Of a stretch of DNA of 64,000 nt, positions 12,246 through 24,924 are shown one piece after another. This DNA comes from Vicugna vicugna. Taxonomy: Eukaryota. The number at the start of each line of letters is the position of its first letter. Position 1 is the stretch's first letter. Under the pieces are notes generated by a model, which saw only the letters and a program-made list of their open reading frames with translations, made no database searches and was not told the DNA's origin. The stretch spans positions 1,897,502 to 1,961,501 of the forward strand of contig MU058059.1 of assembly GCA_013265495.1 (NCBI GenBank), in the 5' to 3' direction. The translations under genes and the position numbers were made by a program.

Positions 12246-13210
12246 GAGAGGTCTTCCTAGAAGAGGGAGTCTGTCCTTTTCCCCAGGCTCTGCACCGCGT
12301 GCCACTGCGGTGAGGCACAGACGGGCGAGACACAGCCTGTAACTCCAGGTGCATCCCCGATGCCGCCACGTCAGGGAATGACATCTGGAATCGGGGACTA
12401 GGAGGCAGGCTTCCAGTCCTGGCTCTGCCTTGGCGGAGGGTTGAGACCTGGGCAGCTCTCCTGAAGTTCAGGTGAGCTCCTTCCCAAGACCGGGGTGGTG
12501 ACTGGTTATAAACCACACTCCTTGGAACTCCCAGAATTCCTGGCGGAGCAGAGGGTACGTCAGGAAGCGGGTTCTGGGCTGCTCAACCCCTAGTTACTGG
12601 AGTGGCTGCACTTCTGTTTATGAACTCAGCTTGAAGGTGAGGTATTGCTACAAACCTGCATGTGAAAACCACTGGGCTGAGTGACTCAGTCTGGACACCT
12701 GGTGACCCCCACCCCCGAGGCTACGTGGCCTTGACTGCTGCCCATGTGTGCCTTTTTCTTTTTTCTTTTTTTTTTAATGGTGTGAAAGAAACCTAGAGCT
12801 TAATTTGTCCCCAGTCCAGAATTACAAAACTGAGGACAATCAACCACAGAAAGTCTGTGTAAATTATTAAAGTCCCAAAGCTGAACATGAACATGCATCT
12901 CTCCTCTGTCTTTCCTCCAGCTTGCTGATGCTGGTCTTTCAGCTGTCACATACAGGTTAGTCATTCCAGTCACATGAAGAGGGAATCCAGGTAAGTCTGT
13001 AGAAAGCACCATTTTTTTTTTCCGCCAAAGAGATGGTACTACTCTGGAATGTCTGGACAGGAGGATGATGTGTGATGGAAAGTGGGGTCTCCACACAGTG
13101 CACAGTAGCAATTTTTAGATGTTCTAAGGGCAATAAATAGAAAATCATAAATTTTACTGCAAAAGGCTTTCTTGACAGCCCAGTTATATGGCATGTTACT
13201 CAGAACAGAA

Positions 13211-13628
13211 TGTTGTGGGTTAAACTGTGTCCTCCCACAACGCGCTGAAGTCCCTCCCCAGTACCGGGGAGTGTGACCTTGTTTGGAGGTAGGGTCTCTG
13301 CAGTTGTAATCAAGTTAAGATGAGGTCGTCAGGGTGGGTCCTGATGCAGTGTGACTTGTGTCCTTACAGAAAGGGGAAACTGGGACACAGACACACAGAC
13401 GGAGGGAGGACGGTGTGTCCACACGGACACACCGCCATCTACAAGCTGAGCAGCGCCTGCAGCTGCCAGAAGCTTGGAGACAAGCATGGAACAGATTCTT
13501 TCTCACAGCCCTCTGAAGGAAGCAGCTTAGTGGACACTGACTTTGGAACTGTAGCCTCCAGAGCTGTGAGAGAACACATTTCTGATGTTTAAACTGCCTG
13601 GTTTGTGGGACCTTGTTATGGAAACTAT
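13211..13628 (+). mobile_element. MaLR solo LTR (MLT1B/C-like)
   Basis: tgttgtgggttaaactgtgtcc..gtgaccttgtttggaggtagggtctctgcag..gttaagatgaggtc..ggaacagattctttctcacagccctc..gcctccagagctgtgagagaa. Confidence 0.85.
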
Positions 13629-13676
13629 GACGGTTTGTAATTAGGGGCGTGGAAAGTCCGCAGCGTGGTATCCTAC

Positions 13677-13818
13677 CTCACAACTCTTGACCTAGGTAAT
13701 CCACCCACGTAAATTGGATCCTTATCGAGACGATTGAGGTCAGAAGATGCTCCTGGAGTCTCCCCTTGCTTGGTTTCTTTATAGCCAAGGTTCTGTGCGT
13801 CAGTAACTGCTAGGAGTC
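13677..13818 (-). CDS. LAMA1: LAMA1 exon ~51 (LG2)
   Basis: 142 nt, tag|..|gtagg; LLAVTDAQNLGYKETKQGETPGASSDLNRLDKDPIYVGGLPRSRVVR. Confidence 0.94.
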
Positions 13819-14306
13819 CTAGAGGAGATGGAAGGAATAGTTAAGAAAGTGAAAATCACTTTCTGCAGTAGAAAACACAGACTTCTGCTAACAGAGCTCA
13901 GTTACAAAGACAATCTTTTACATTCTGCAAATTTGACCAGGGAGTGCTCCTAACTGTTAAAGGACAAATGAAAATCTCTGTACGAAAGTCAGTAAATCCA
14001 GAATACACGTGCTAAATGGTAGCAGGGTGTGTGTGAAAGAAAATAGACTCAATTTGATCCTTGATTCCACTGTAGCATTTAAGGTTAAGTAATGCCCTTG
14101 GAAACCACAGACACACAGAATTACAACATTCCTCCAGCAAGATGTGAATTCTGGTCCTTGGTATTCCAAAGGAAATAGTGGCTTTTGATTAGAATATCAT
14201 TCAAGAATACCCAGCAAGCTAAAGTAAAAAAAGACCACTGACTCTGGAAAAGATTTCTATTCCTATGAGGGCAGTGGACATTCTGTGCATCCGTCTGTGC
14301 ACTTAC

Positions 14307-14451
14307 CTTGCTTTCTGTTTCGCTGGAAGGCAATTTTGTACCAGGTTCCATTATTATAGCGTCTGTCTGTAATAAGAGCGAGAGGCCCCGAACCCAGGTC
14401 AACGGCAACTCTAACTCTGCCTTGAATCAGCTCGATGGATAAAAAGTCTTT
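14307..14451 (-). CDS. LAMA1: LAMA1 exon ~50 (LG2)
   Basis: 145 nt, cag|..|gtaag; KDFLSIELIQGRVRVAVDLGSGPLALITDRRYNNGTWYKIAFQRNRKQ. Confidence 0.95.
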
Positions 14452-15113
14452 CTGTAAAGAAGAGAAAATGGTTGTCCATTGTTATCACAAGATTCCCTTT
14501 CTCTTCACGTCAGGGATGGCGGAAACCTCCTACAGTCAGACTGAGAGCACGTGATCTGGCCCAGCAGTCAGAGGCTTAAGCTCTGAAATTACATGTGTCC
14601 ACAGAGGCTTGCTGGAATAGTACATAGACATACGTGAGGTAAACTCACAGTTAACAAAATCTACAGTGCAGTGAGACAAGTGGGATCTCTGTATCTTTTT
14701 CATTTAGACTGAGAATTGGGCCAGTCGTAGAAATAAAACTCGAAGACTGAGAAAAAGCACCAGCACATGAGAATAAGAACGTGAACTTCCAGGGACAGAA
14801 TTCAGACAAGGCCACATGGTTAGAGTAAGTAAAACAAAACATCTTACTTCAGCTCAAAACTTAATAACAAATGTTTAGTTGATACCTATAGTAACAGGAA
14901 GGCTATTTTCTACTTGAAGTTCTTCTGTATTTTCCAGAGGTCTTCAATGAATTTGTATTAATATAATAAATAATTTAACATGGGGAAATAGTGTGGCATA
15001 CGTTTGTATGTATTATGTTAGGATATGCGCATAAAATCACTAAACATAAATATCCCCACAGTAACCCAACTGTACGTACACCGCAGGGCCCAGTGCCCTG
15101 CAGAGATTCTTAC

Positions 15114-15264
15114 GGTGCCATCTGAAGCCAGGTAGAGAAGCAGCCCATTTGGTGAAAAGGTGCTGAAAAGCATAATTATCTGAGTCACAGTAGCCCGGAG
15201 CATCTTCTCCACGACAGAGTACCCACTCCCATCAAAGTGGAAGGACGCGTCTTCATTCTGGGGG
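15114..15264 (-). CDS. LAMA1: LAMA1 exon ~49 (LG2 start)
   Basis: 151 nt, cag|..|gtaag; PQNEDASFHFDGSGYSVVEKMLRATVTQIIMLFSTFSPNGLLLYLASDGT. Confidence 0.95.
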
Positions 15265-16280
15265 CTGCAAGCAGAGCAGGGGAAATACAGGCCATTCTCA
15301 GGAAGGCAGTTAAGGAGAACACATGGTGTATTTACCGAGCTCTCCCTCACAGCAGCCGTGGTGGAGCGGCCATTTCCATCATTTGATAACAAGTGTTAAG
15401 TCATAATGTCTGAAAACACGCTCCCTGTGAGATTGCGCAAGGCAAGCACCCAGTTGCTTTACAAGGAACAGAAAGGTAACGTAGCCAGTGTAAACTTCAT
15501 TAGAAAGACACTTCCTCAAAAGACGGATCACTACTATGAATGCTTCCACTTAGCAGCCAGGTTTTGTTTGTTCAAATTTCCTTTAACGTGACTTTGAGGT
15601 TCCTTCATAGCTAGCTTCTTTATTGTCCTTTCTTACTTCCAGTGCTTTCAGAATAATTTTTATATTGGTATTTATCACCTTCTGCTGGTTTTAACTAATA
15701 CATCAGCTAAGCTGGCCTAATGATGGAAAACAAATATATACCAATGCAGCAGGAGGATCATTTTACAAAAAGATCATTAACAAACAGTCTGCAAGATGAG
15801 CTTACAACACAGGTATGTACTGTGGACCCCAGCACTTCTTTTTCTCTTCAAGTACAAAGTAACTTCATCTGGAACATTATGTTTAAAAAGGACTTTTCCG
15901 GAATATCTTAGGCCTTGAAAATGAAACTTGGATTTTAGGGGGGTATTATGCATTTGTACTTTTCCCAGTTGAACGTGTAATAACCAGACTCCGTGCCAAA
16001 TCTCTAAGCAGAGACAGAATAACCCAAAAATGAAATTTTTTCCACTAACAAAACAAAACAAAATATAGCACTGCTTTGTAATACCTGAGATTTCAAATTT
16101 ATAGCTTCCTCTAGGCCTGCTTTTTCTAAACATTTCTGTCTTGAGATCTCTTATAAGGAAGTATAACTTAAATGCACTCTGCATACACAAACTAGGGCCT
16201 AATTCTCCATTATTTAATTCTTAAATCTTTGGCCTCCTAGAAGCTTGCCCCATTGCTCTCTCTCTTGGCTGACCAGTTTC

Positions 16281-16505
16281 ACGTGGCTGAGGACTCAGAC
16301 TCTAGAACGAGACTGCTGGGGTTCAAATCCCATCTCTCCAACTTACTAGCTGTGTGACCTCGGAAAAGTTACATAACCTCTCTGTGCTTCATTCCCTTCA
16401 TCTATAAGATAAGGACAGAGATAGAACCTCTCTGGAAAATCTGTACATGATTTAATACATGTAAAGTTCTTTAAAGAGTGCCTGGTGCACAGCAAATGTG
16501 CACTC
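16281..16505 (+). mobile_element. MIR SINE
   Basis: ctgggttcaaatccc..acttactagctgtgtgacctcggaaaagttacataacctctctgtgc..catgtaaag..gtgcctggtgcacag. Confidence 0.85.
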
Positions 16506-16559
16506 CGTTTTTGTGTGGATTATTCTGCTGCACTCAGAGGTCCTCAATAGGGTCTCGTT

Positions 16560-16650
16560 TTCCTACTAAAACCTGAGCCTCAAAGATTAAATTTCTTCTC
16601 CAAGAACACAACCAAGAAAATGATGAAGCCAGGTTTCAAACAGAATTCCA
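16560..16650 (-). mobile_element. MIR fragment
   Basis: aaaacctgagcctcaaagattaa..ccaagaacaca..gaagccaggtttcaaac. Confidence 0.45.
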
Positions 16651-17375
16651 GAAATCTGTTCTGTCCCACTGTACATGCCCCCTCCCCCCACGAGAGCTCA
16701 TGAGTTTTCTGTTCTCAGGAACGTGGGATCTTTGCTTCCCTACTTCAGCAGGGCCTGCTCTAGTGAGATGGCCACCGAGGGGGATGAATGCAAATAACGC
16801 GACAGAAGGCAGTTCTCCTGAGAAGGCTCACATCCCCAGGATCAGCGACAGATTACTAGGGCTTGTCCCCTTGTGGATCAGGCTCCCCTTCTATAACATG
16901 AGGCCCACGTGCTTCTCCAGTCAGCCCAGATACCTTTGTCCAGCTGGGCCACAGGAAGGCAGCTCCAGGCCCCTGCCTGAGTAAGAGGTCAGGACGAATG
17001 ACAGCAGGGTCCACCACAGCACCTCACGGATGGCTCCCCTCTAGTGCCCAGCAGTTATGGGGGGAGCCCTGCAGTCTGCAGGCCTGGCAGATGCCATCCC
17101 TCCCAGCTCTCATTCCCATGACTTTAGACGGCTCTGATCTAAGCTCTCACCATGAGAATGGGGATAATTTGTACTAAAGTACCCATTTGGCTCCATGCAA
17201 CCCTCTACCAAAAAAAACCACTTCCAGGATTAACCCCTTTTCTCCATGGCAACCTTCGTCTTTCAAACATCTGAAATGGGTAGACATCTGGTGGGAGGGC
17301 AGTTCTCAAGGAGAATAAATCCTGTGTCTACACAGAAAACTGACTTTTTTGTTCCAACAAAAGAGAAAAGCCAGC

Positions 17376-17998
17376 CCTGGGCATGTATCCAGAGGGAACC
17401 TTAATTCAAAAAGATACATAACACCCCAGTATTCACAGCAGCACTATTTACATTAGCCAAGAAATGGAAGCAACCTAAATGTCCATCGACAGATGACTGG
17501 ATAAAGAAGCTGTGTCTTATTTATACAGTGGAATACTACTCAGCCACAAAAAGAAAAGATAATGCCATTTGCAGCAACATGGTTGGACCTGGAGGTCATC
17601 ATTCTAAGTGAGCCAGAAATAGAAAGAAAAATGCCATATGATATCACTTATATATGGAATCTAAAAAAAAAAAGACAAACTTATCTATAAAATAAACAGG
17701 CTCACAGACATAGAAAACAAACTTACAGTCACCCAAGGGGGAAGGGGGTGGGGAGGAATAAATTGGGAGTTTGAGATTTGCAGATACTAATATATATAAA
17801 ACAGATAACAAGTTCATACTGTACAGCACAGAGAACTATATTCAGTATCTTGTAGTAACTTATGGTGAAAAAGAATATGAAAACGAATATATGTTCATGT
17901 ATGACTGAAGCATTGTGCTGCACACCAGAAATTGACATATTGTAAACTGACTATACTTCAATTAAAAAAAAAATATATATATAAATTAAAAAAAAAAT
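17376..17998 (+). mobile_element. 5'-truncated L1 (young, cetartiodactyl/camelid-type 3'UTR) with poly(A) tail
   Basis: ORF2 end plus a 3'UTR closely matching 33950-34557; candidate TSD aaaagccagc (17366-17375) / aagagccagc (17999-18008). Confidence 0.9.
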
Positions 17999-19502
17999 AA
18001 GAGCCAGCAATCACTGAGTTCACTCACTACTACAATTTGAGGTCAGTTATCTTAGAATAACTCTGAAAACGACTGATGAAAATCGGGGATGTCGTAACAG
18101 CTGAAGTAGGGGGACATTTTCCATATGAGAAATACTCAGTATCTGTTACAACTTTCTACAAGACTGACGGTCTGGGGTCAGTCCAGGGGTTGCAGCATTT
18201 TTCATGTTAGTTACTTAACTGCTGGGAAGACTTCCTTCCATGCTAGCAAGTGACCAAGCAGAAAGCCTCAACGCGCATGCTCCCTCTCCCCAAGTTCCAC
18301 GTGGAAGTATCACTTCTGATTATATTTGCCAATTATAAAACCTTAGTTTACATAATTACTGTCAAGACAATAATCCTGAGACATCTTCCTTAAAAGCAAC
18401 GGACTATCACTGCAGGGAGATCAGAGGTGAACACTGCTGCAGTGTTTCAAATTTAGCAAGTATTTTCATATACCTCATGCTACATGTTCATCATTATAGT
18501 TGTGGGGTGTGTGTAAGACAAGCATGATTACTGTTTTCCTTTTCTGGAATTAAAAACAAGCCTTTGTGAGGTGTAGTGACTTACAATTCAAAGTTGTCAC
18601 CAAGAGATTTGGTGGGAGACCTGGGCCAGGAGCCTGAGAAACGTAAGACTCCAAACCCAGTATTCTTTTTGGTCCTAAGGCTCCAATAACCAAGCTTCTG
18701 GTCATGACTTTTAAAGCAAGCTAAGGAAGGAGAGTGGCAAATAAAAGGTTTAAACTACAAAATCCCAAGCTGTGGGCCGTATGAGAAAACAGACTTGACA
18801 GTGAAAATGAACGAGTTTCTAAATGGAGTGAGAATTGCTTTTAACTGACCTTGTCCCAGCTCACTGTTAATTACCGGTATGTGTCTGGCCAGAGCGGCCC
18901 ATCAGACGGGAGCCATCACAGCAGATGGCACATTGCTCTAACGGCAGAGGCGGCCTATTGTCTTAAATACCAAAGTGCTAGAGACCAGGTCTTGTATGCA
19001 CAGGAGTGCGGTTATTTTATTAGAAAGTAATCAAGGGGGCATTGTGCTTGCTGAGATTACATTATTAAACGCCTTCTATTTTGCATTTTGTTTCTAGAAT
19101 GATAGAACTTGGGAATAAGAAAGTACTTACCTATAAAAACTGACAGCACAGACAAAACCCCTCATCCTCGGAGGTGTTTTCAACACAAAAATGCATGGTG
19201 ACTTACCCTAGGCTTAGTTGTGGCTCTTGGAGACAGAAGTTTGAGAAGGTATCTGATGCTTGCCAGTTTTATGATCCATGATTAAAACACACAGTACAAG
19301 ACACAGCAAAAAGAGTACTTCTTTTTAAGGGTTAAAAGTGATATCCATGTTTCTGTTGGTAAGTGGGCTGCGTGGTATCCTTGGCAGTAAGATGCCCGAC
19401 ATCACAGACTATCCGCCCTCCATGTGCCCGTAAGTTCCTTGCACGGTTCTCAGAGACTAACACAATAGCCTAGACTCCTGTGCTCCTCGCGGGGCACGTT
19501 AC

Positions 19503-19627
19503 CTTCCAAAGCAGCCGTGGCACTTCCCCTCCCTCTCAATGTAGTTCCACAGGCCAATCGACTGTCCATTCAAGAGAGCATCTCCCATGCAGCCTTTAAA
19601 GTGAGTAACCTTCACAGCAGGAGATTT
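19503..19627 (-). CDS. LAMA1: LAMA1 exon ~48 (LG1 end)
   Basis: 125 nt, tag|..|gtaac; KSPAVKVTHFKGCMGDALLNGQSIGLWNYIEREGKCHGCFG. Confidence 0.95.
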
Positions 19628-20369
19628 CTAAGGTAAACAGAAACACAGAGCACATAGATTTGGTCAAGAGGAATATGTTCTTTAAGTGCACAGAACTCCT
19701 CCTTGGGAGCCCAAATCTAATGGATCCAAAATTTTGAGAAAACAGCATCCGGAAAAATAGCTAGTTTGTAATCACTGGACTTCCTTTCAGTTAAGAACTG
19801 GAATCATGCAATGACGACAGCAGGACAAGACCTCAGAGGTGTCTCAGTCACTAAGGTGACTGGAGAGAAGGCCCTGTGACAAGTGAGCGAGCAGACACCC
19901 AGGGGCCGCGGGCTGCGGGCCGCGCTGAGGGCCTGGCAAGACCTGAGACCCTGTCTCATTTCGGAGCACTGAGCCAAGCCCAGGGGACTCAGCGTTACTG
20001 GGTGAGAGGATACCTGGTCTAATAAAATGTAAGATGGGCTCTGTCACTGACACTAATTAGTATGTCTTCCACTAGAGAACAGAGATAAAGGAAGTTTTCA
20101 GAAATTGATGTGGAATACTGAATTTCCTCTCTCATTATTGGGGGAAAAACCCAAATAGGAAAATGAACCATTGGCTTCTTTTCCATTTATACTATCAAGC
20201 ATGAGCCTTTAAAAACCAGTCTAACTCTGCAGATGAACTGTGATTAAGCAAAATAACAGAAACAGGAAAATCTTGAGCTGCCTAGAGTATCTTCAAAAAT
20301 TTAAACATACTCGTTTTATATATTGGTGAGATCAGCGATGAGTCCTGTTTGGATGAAAGTTCAGGTTAC

Positions 20370-20520
20370 CTTGATCTGTCCTCCAAGCCCTCCAACAAAC
20401 ATTAGTGTTGAATTGTTTATATCCAGAATATTAGCTGTTCCAGGGGATTTACTTGTTTTTGGTGGTGGCTTCTGAGATGCACTCATTTCTTTTACACTCA
20501 ATGAACCAATGTTTCCAAAT
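20370..20520 (-). CDS. LAMA1: LAMA1 exon ~47 (LG1)
   Basis: 151 nt, tag|..|gtaac; FGNIGSLSVKEMSASQKPPPKTSKSPGTANILDINNSTLMFVGGLGGQIK. Confidence 0.95.
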
Positions 20521-21370
20521 CTAAGGGTCACAAAGAATTGCAAAAAAAAAAAAAAGCACTTTCAGAATTACAAGTCAGTCCACGTACACACACGTCTGTT
20601 TCACACGCAGCCTCCAGCTGCTTCTCCCCTCGTCCCCAGCTGGTCTCCCTGCTTCCAGTCTTGCCCATCCAACCCCTAGTGTACAGTCCAAAATCTCGTG
20701 GAATATTCCTTCTAAAACATAAATTCCATCATGTTACCTCCTTGCTTAAAATAGTTACAAATAATGGACTAAATGTACTTGGAACAGTCTACTGCCCTTA
20801 CTACTACCCCATTTTTAAAAATAACCAAGTAAAAATCAGAAATTCCCAACACATCAACGAGGAACTGTAATATTACAGAAAAGTGAAAAGAAAGATATAC
20901 CTAAAGCTGCTCAGTAGTAGCTGCCTCTGGAGGGGAGCTCTGAAAGGAAGAATTCTGCTTTGTGCCTGAATTGGGAGAAAATGCACCTCGCACCGGTACC
21001 TGCACCTGCCGACCTCTCCTACTTGTACCACGGCTGGCACGTGGCATCTGTGCTGTGCGGCCCTGGACTCCCCTCCACTGGGGAGAAAACACTGACCTGG
21101 GCTGGCTACCTTAGACTTAGACCTAACATTCAAAACATAACAAACTTTTAACTTTCCTCTAATTTTTGGTTTTGGTAACAAAGTTTATTCTTTTGCTAAT
21201 AATGAAAAAAAAAAGCTTATTTCTGTAGTTAATCTAAACCAGGTATTCCTTCACAACAGTCTGACTTCCCAGAAATTCAAACACGATTTTATGATGTTAC
21301 AAACATGTAATTACGTATAAGATGCAGTTTGAGAGAGAGAGAGATGCCCAGAGAAAACGTTCTCTGCTAC

Positions 21371-21504
21371 CTGGTCACATAGATGCTGTGCCATTTGCTG
21401 TCATCAATTGGGAAGTCTGGAAATTCCAAGCGTGTTGACCCGGAGCCCAAATCCCAGAGGAAGGCCACTTTCCCTCGCCGCATCTCCACTGCCAGGAAAT
21501 CAGA
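21371..21504 (-). CDS. LAMA1: LAMA1 exon ~46 (LG1)
   Basis: 134 nt, cag|..|gtagc; SDFLAVEMRRGKVAFLWDLGSGSTRLEFPDFPIDDSKWHSIYVTR. Confidence 0.95.
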
Positions 21505-22219
21505 CTGGGGTGTGGGGTACAAGTTGGGATGAGTTTACGTGCCAGACTGTTTGCAGGACTACCAAAACACTTTAAAGAATGAGTTCTTACGACATTTTCT
21601 CTATTAAAAAAGAAAAAAACAACAACAAACCCCAGAACGATCTTCCTTTGTCTTTAAATGCTCCCCTCCCTGGAGCTGGAGGGTGACCCAGAGTACTGAA
21701 ATGGTGGCCGCCGTCGGCCATCAGTGCCCCACGGCCCTTGACCAGCATGGCCTTGCATGAGGCCTCCCATGAAGTTCAGAGCTCTGCGGGGGTCACCAGC
21801 CTCTACCCTGGTCGTGAGGGAAGGCAGGCTGGGGGAAGCTGGACAGCTGTGATATGCCCCTCAGGGTGCACGCCTCCACGCCTGGCAACGGCCACCAAGA
21901 TGAACTTCACGGACCCAAAGCGAAACTCCGTGACTTCAGGGGTCACAGAAGACGTTATGGAAAGTTCCGCTCTCACAGCTCACAGTTAAGATGGCAGAAG
22001 GGAGCGCCTTTCATAAACGTCACTGTCCTCCTAGCAGGCACTGTCTTGTAGTCTGTTTACTTGTAATCTAATGTTACCAGTTTAGCAAAAGATTAGTTCC
22101 CTTAGAAGAATTAGTGATTTCACAGTCCTTTTTTTTTTTTTTAACCTAAAAAGTACTAATTCAGAAAATACACCCCCAGCCCTAGGAGACTCGGCATCGC
22201 CCCTGCATGTCACACTCAC

Positions 22220-22363
22220 GCCGCTGCTGCTCCCCAGGTAGAAGAGGAGGTTGTCGGGCTCGCCTGTCTTCACGTTTAGTGTTAAAATGTTATAGTTGGT
22301 GGAAGAAATCTGAGGCTGGTAGGCCCGGATACAGTCTCTGTCTGCAGACACCGCAACTTTGAT
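22220..22363 (-). CDS. LAMA1: LAMA1 exon ~45 (IKVAV, LG1 start)
   Basis: 144 nt, cag|..|gtgag; IKVAVSADRDCIRAYQPQISSTNYNILTLNVKTGEPDNLLFYLGSSSG. Confidence 0.96.
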
Positions 22364-23691
22364 CTGCGGGAGGAACAGGGAAGGGTCTGTAAGTCCCTAA
22401 AAATCACTTAGGGAGACACACTGGCGGCACGCTGGAGTCCCCAAGTGCTGCTTGCTTTGGGTCCTCACCGTCACATGTAGGGTCCTCTGCACAATACGTG
22501 GTGCTGTGTGTCTCATAAAGTGAAAATCAGATGGCGATGAAACTTACTTGGTAAGGTATTTTAATGTGGAAAAGTCAGTCTTGGAGTTTTAGAAGATGAC
22601 TTTATGTTGAAAACTCTTGTGTGGGATTTAATTCCTTCCAGACAAGGAGCTTATCCAAAGCACCTTGGAATCTTCACCTGACACACAGGATATTTGGTGA
22701 TCATTCGTGGGATTAATGCAGGGCTAATCCACTTACTCATTCAGCAAACATTTACAGAGCAGTTATTTCTCGTACATAGCTTCCTGATAAGATCCCTTCT
22801 ATTAACCTTCAAGATTGTAAGTTTATATTAACCAGAGCACTTGGAACCAAGTTTATTTGGTGACTGGAACTAAAACGATGGAAACCAGAGCTTTTGTAAA
22901 CCTACAGCCCTTTACCCAAAGTGAGGTCACTTGGGGATCAAAGAATCCAGAGCTCCTTTTTCTTGGCTAGAAGCTGCAGGGGGATAAACATGAGACCAGA
23001 GGTCACATTTACTGTCTGTAGCTCCCCAGGAGCACGACAGACAATGATCTCTCAAGTCTCAGCCCCCTGAAACACCTCTCCTTTGGAGCATGGCCAGGGC
23101 CACTGGCCGAGCACAGCCGGGAAGTCTCTCAAGGCTGTGCTCCTCGGGGTGTCGAGTGTTTTATGCAGTTAGTGACCTGGATTTGTGCAACATTCACGTG
23201 TATATACCGGCTGTTTTGTCAGAATCCTAAAGGTGAGGCCCACACTGCACAGACATTCTGAAGAGTACTTGGATTATTAAAACCAAGTTGATAAAATGAT
23301 GGAAATGATGGCAACTCACCGTGATGTTAGCACTTGGACTGTGTTCTGCCCATCTAGCCAATCCGTGTGGCTCTATGAATCTATATATCTAGGCTACAGT
23401 GATCAGTTGCCATAAAGACACAGAGATCTCTGTGCTAACGACATTCTGAAATATGTGAACAAAAGCAGAAATGAAAGAAAATGAGACTAATTAAATATAC
23501 CTAAATGCACTTAAGTAAGTATCTAGAACGCAAGGCTTTAAGTACACCGGAGACAGGGCTGTTAGGAATCTGGGACAACTGAGAGCTGGTCAGTAGAAGT
23601 GTGACAGAATATCTGTCCCGGAGCCTCTGGGACTTGCAGGCTGGGCTGGGGGCGAGGGGGCTTCCTGAGGGTCGCGGGGCCCCACACTCAC

Positions 23692-23846
23692 AGAAGCTGC
23701 TTGCTTCCGGGCCTGGCTGATGAGCAGTTTGATTTCAGAAAGGTTTCTGCCCAGGTTCTCTTCTAGCCTCTTCAAAGGCTTCAGCCGATCAAATAGAAGG
23801 TTGGCTTGTGTTTCCACATCTTTGACTTTTCTTCCTGCTAACAAAG
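23692..23846 (-). CDS. LAMA1: LAMA1 exon ~44 (coiled-coil end)
   Basis: 155 nt, tag|..|gtgag; LLAGRKVKDVETQANLLFDRLKPLKRLEENLGRNLSEIKLLISQARKQAAS. Confidence 0.95.
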
Positions 23847-24148
23847 CTAGAATAGGAAGTGGCGAGAAAGTAGGCGGGAGGGAGGAAACAAGAGAATGAA
23901 CTGTTACTAATGCCCAGGGTTAAATAGAATATCCTCATAATCAAATCCTTGAAACTTTAGTCAATACATGAAAAATGCACCAGCACAAGGCATCACCCAA
24001 GGCCCGTGTCTTTATAAATGCAGATCCAGATGTTGGTGCATTTTTATTCTTTGAAACTGCTGTTTGTGCACAAGGCACCCTGAGCCCCTGGGCCAGCTCA
24101 AACTGCACGAGGCAGGCTTTCCAAATGGGAACGGAGACCATGACCTAC

Positions 24149-24331
24149 TAGTCACCGAGGACTCGCGGAGAAGGTCGTCAGTTTCTCGTAATGTGGCGTT
24201 AACCCTGGACAGGTCGGTCGACGTATTCAGCAGCTTCTGGCTCAGCCCCGCGACGTTCTGGAGCGTGCTCGTAGCGCTCTGATTTGCAGATGCGGCCAGC
24301 TCTTTGATTTTGGTTCCTCTGTCTCTGATAC
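24149..24331 (-). CDS. LAMA1: LAMA1 exon ~43 (coiled coil)
   Basis: 183 nt, cag|..|gtagg; IRDRGTKIKELAASANQSATSTLQNVAGLSQKLLNTSTDLSRVNATLRETDDLLRESSVT. Confidence 0.92.
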
Positions 24332-24924
24332 CTGAGATGCATTTATATGCGAGCATGCACTCCCGTGGTTATACACACGGAAAACCATAAAACCACAGCA
24401 AATGTCCTTTTACACAGAAACATGTTACAGAATTTCTTATTGGTTGTTGAGCAAAGGGGGCTCCTGTGTTTTTTGTTGTTTGTTTTTTTCATGGCAACAT
24501 GAAGGCTGCATATTGTAAGCTCTACTGCTTCCTTTTAGGGATGGATGAAACAGGCTGGGTGACCACCCTCTGTACTGAAGTATGATTTCAGTACACAGTG
24601 AGATCACAAAAGCAACACTAACTGTCCTGTGTTCAGCATCCTATGTCAATAATCTAAACTTCTTTCTTGGTCTCTTTCCTGTCACTCCCTTCTCAGAGTC
24701 ATTAAAACACCTTCATCCTGTGGATAAGAAGGTTTGGGAATTTAAATCTGTGCGTGAGACAGAAGTCTCCTGGGTTAGAGGAAGTGTATTTGCCAACATA
24801 ATGGTACAATAAAAACTAAATGCCCACTAAAGATGTACCAGAATTCAGTTATTCTAGAAAACCTGGATGATGGGTTTTTTTTTCCCCTAAGATAGCCCTA
24901 TTCATTTTTAAAATGTTTAATCAC

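Noticed and set aside
16281..16650. Oppositely oriented MIR pair as a dsRNA hairpin
   Set aside because: The copies are too diverged for extended pairing by inspection.
19192..19197. TGCATG (RBFOX) motif near the microexon candidate
   Set aside because: It is on the plus strand; the LAMA1 transcript reads CATGCA.
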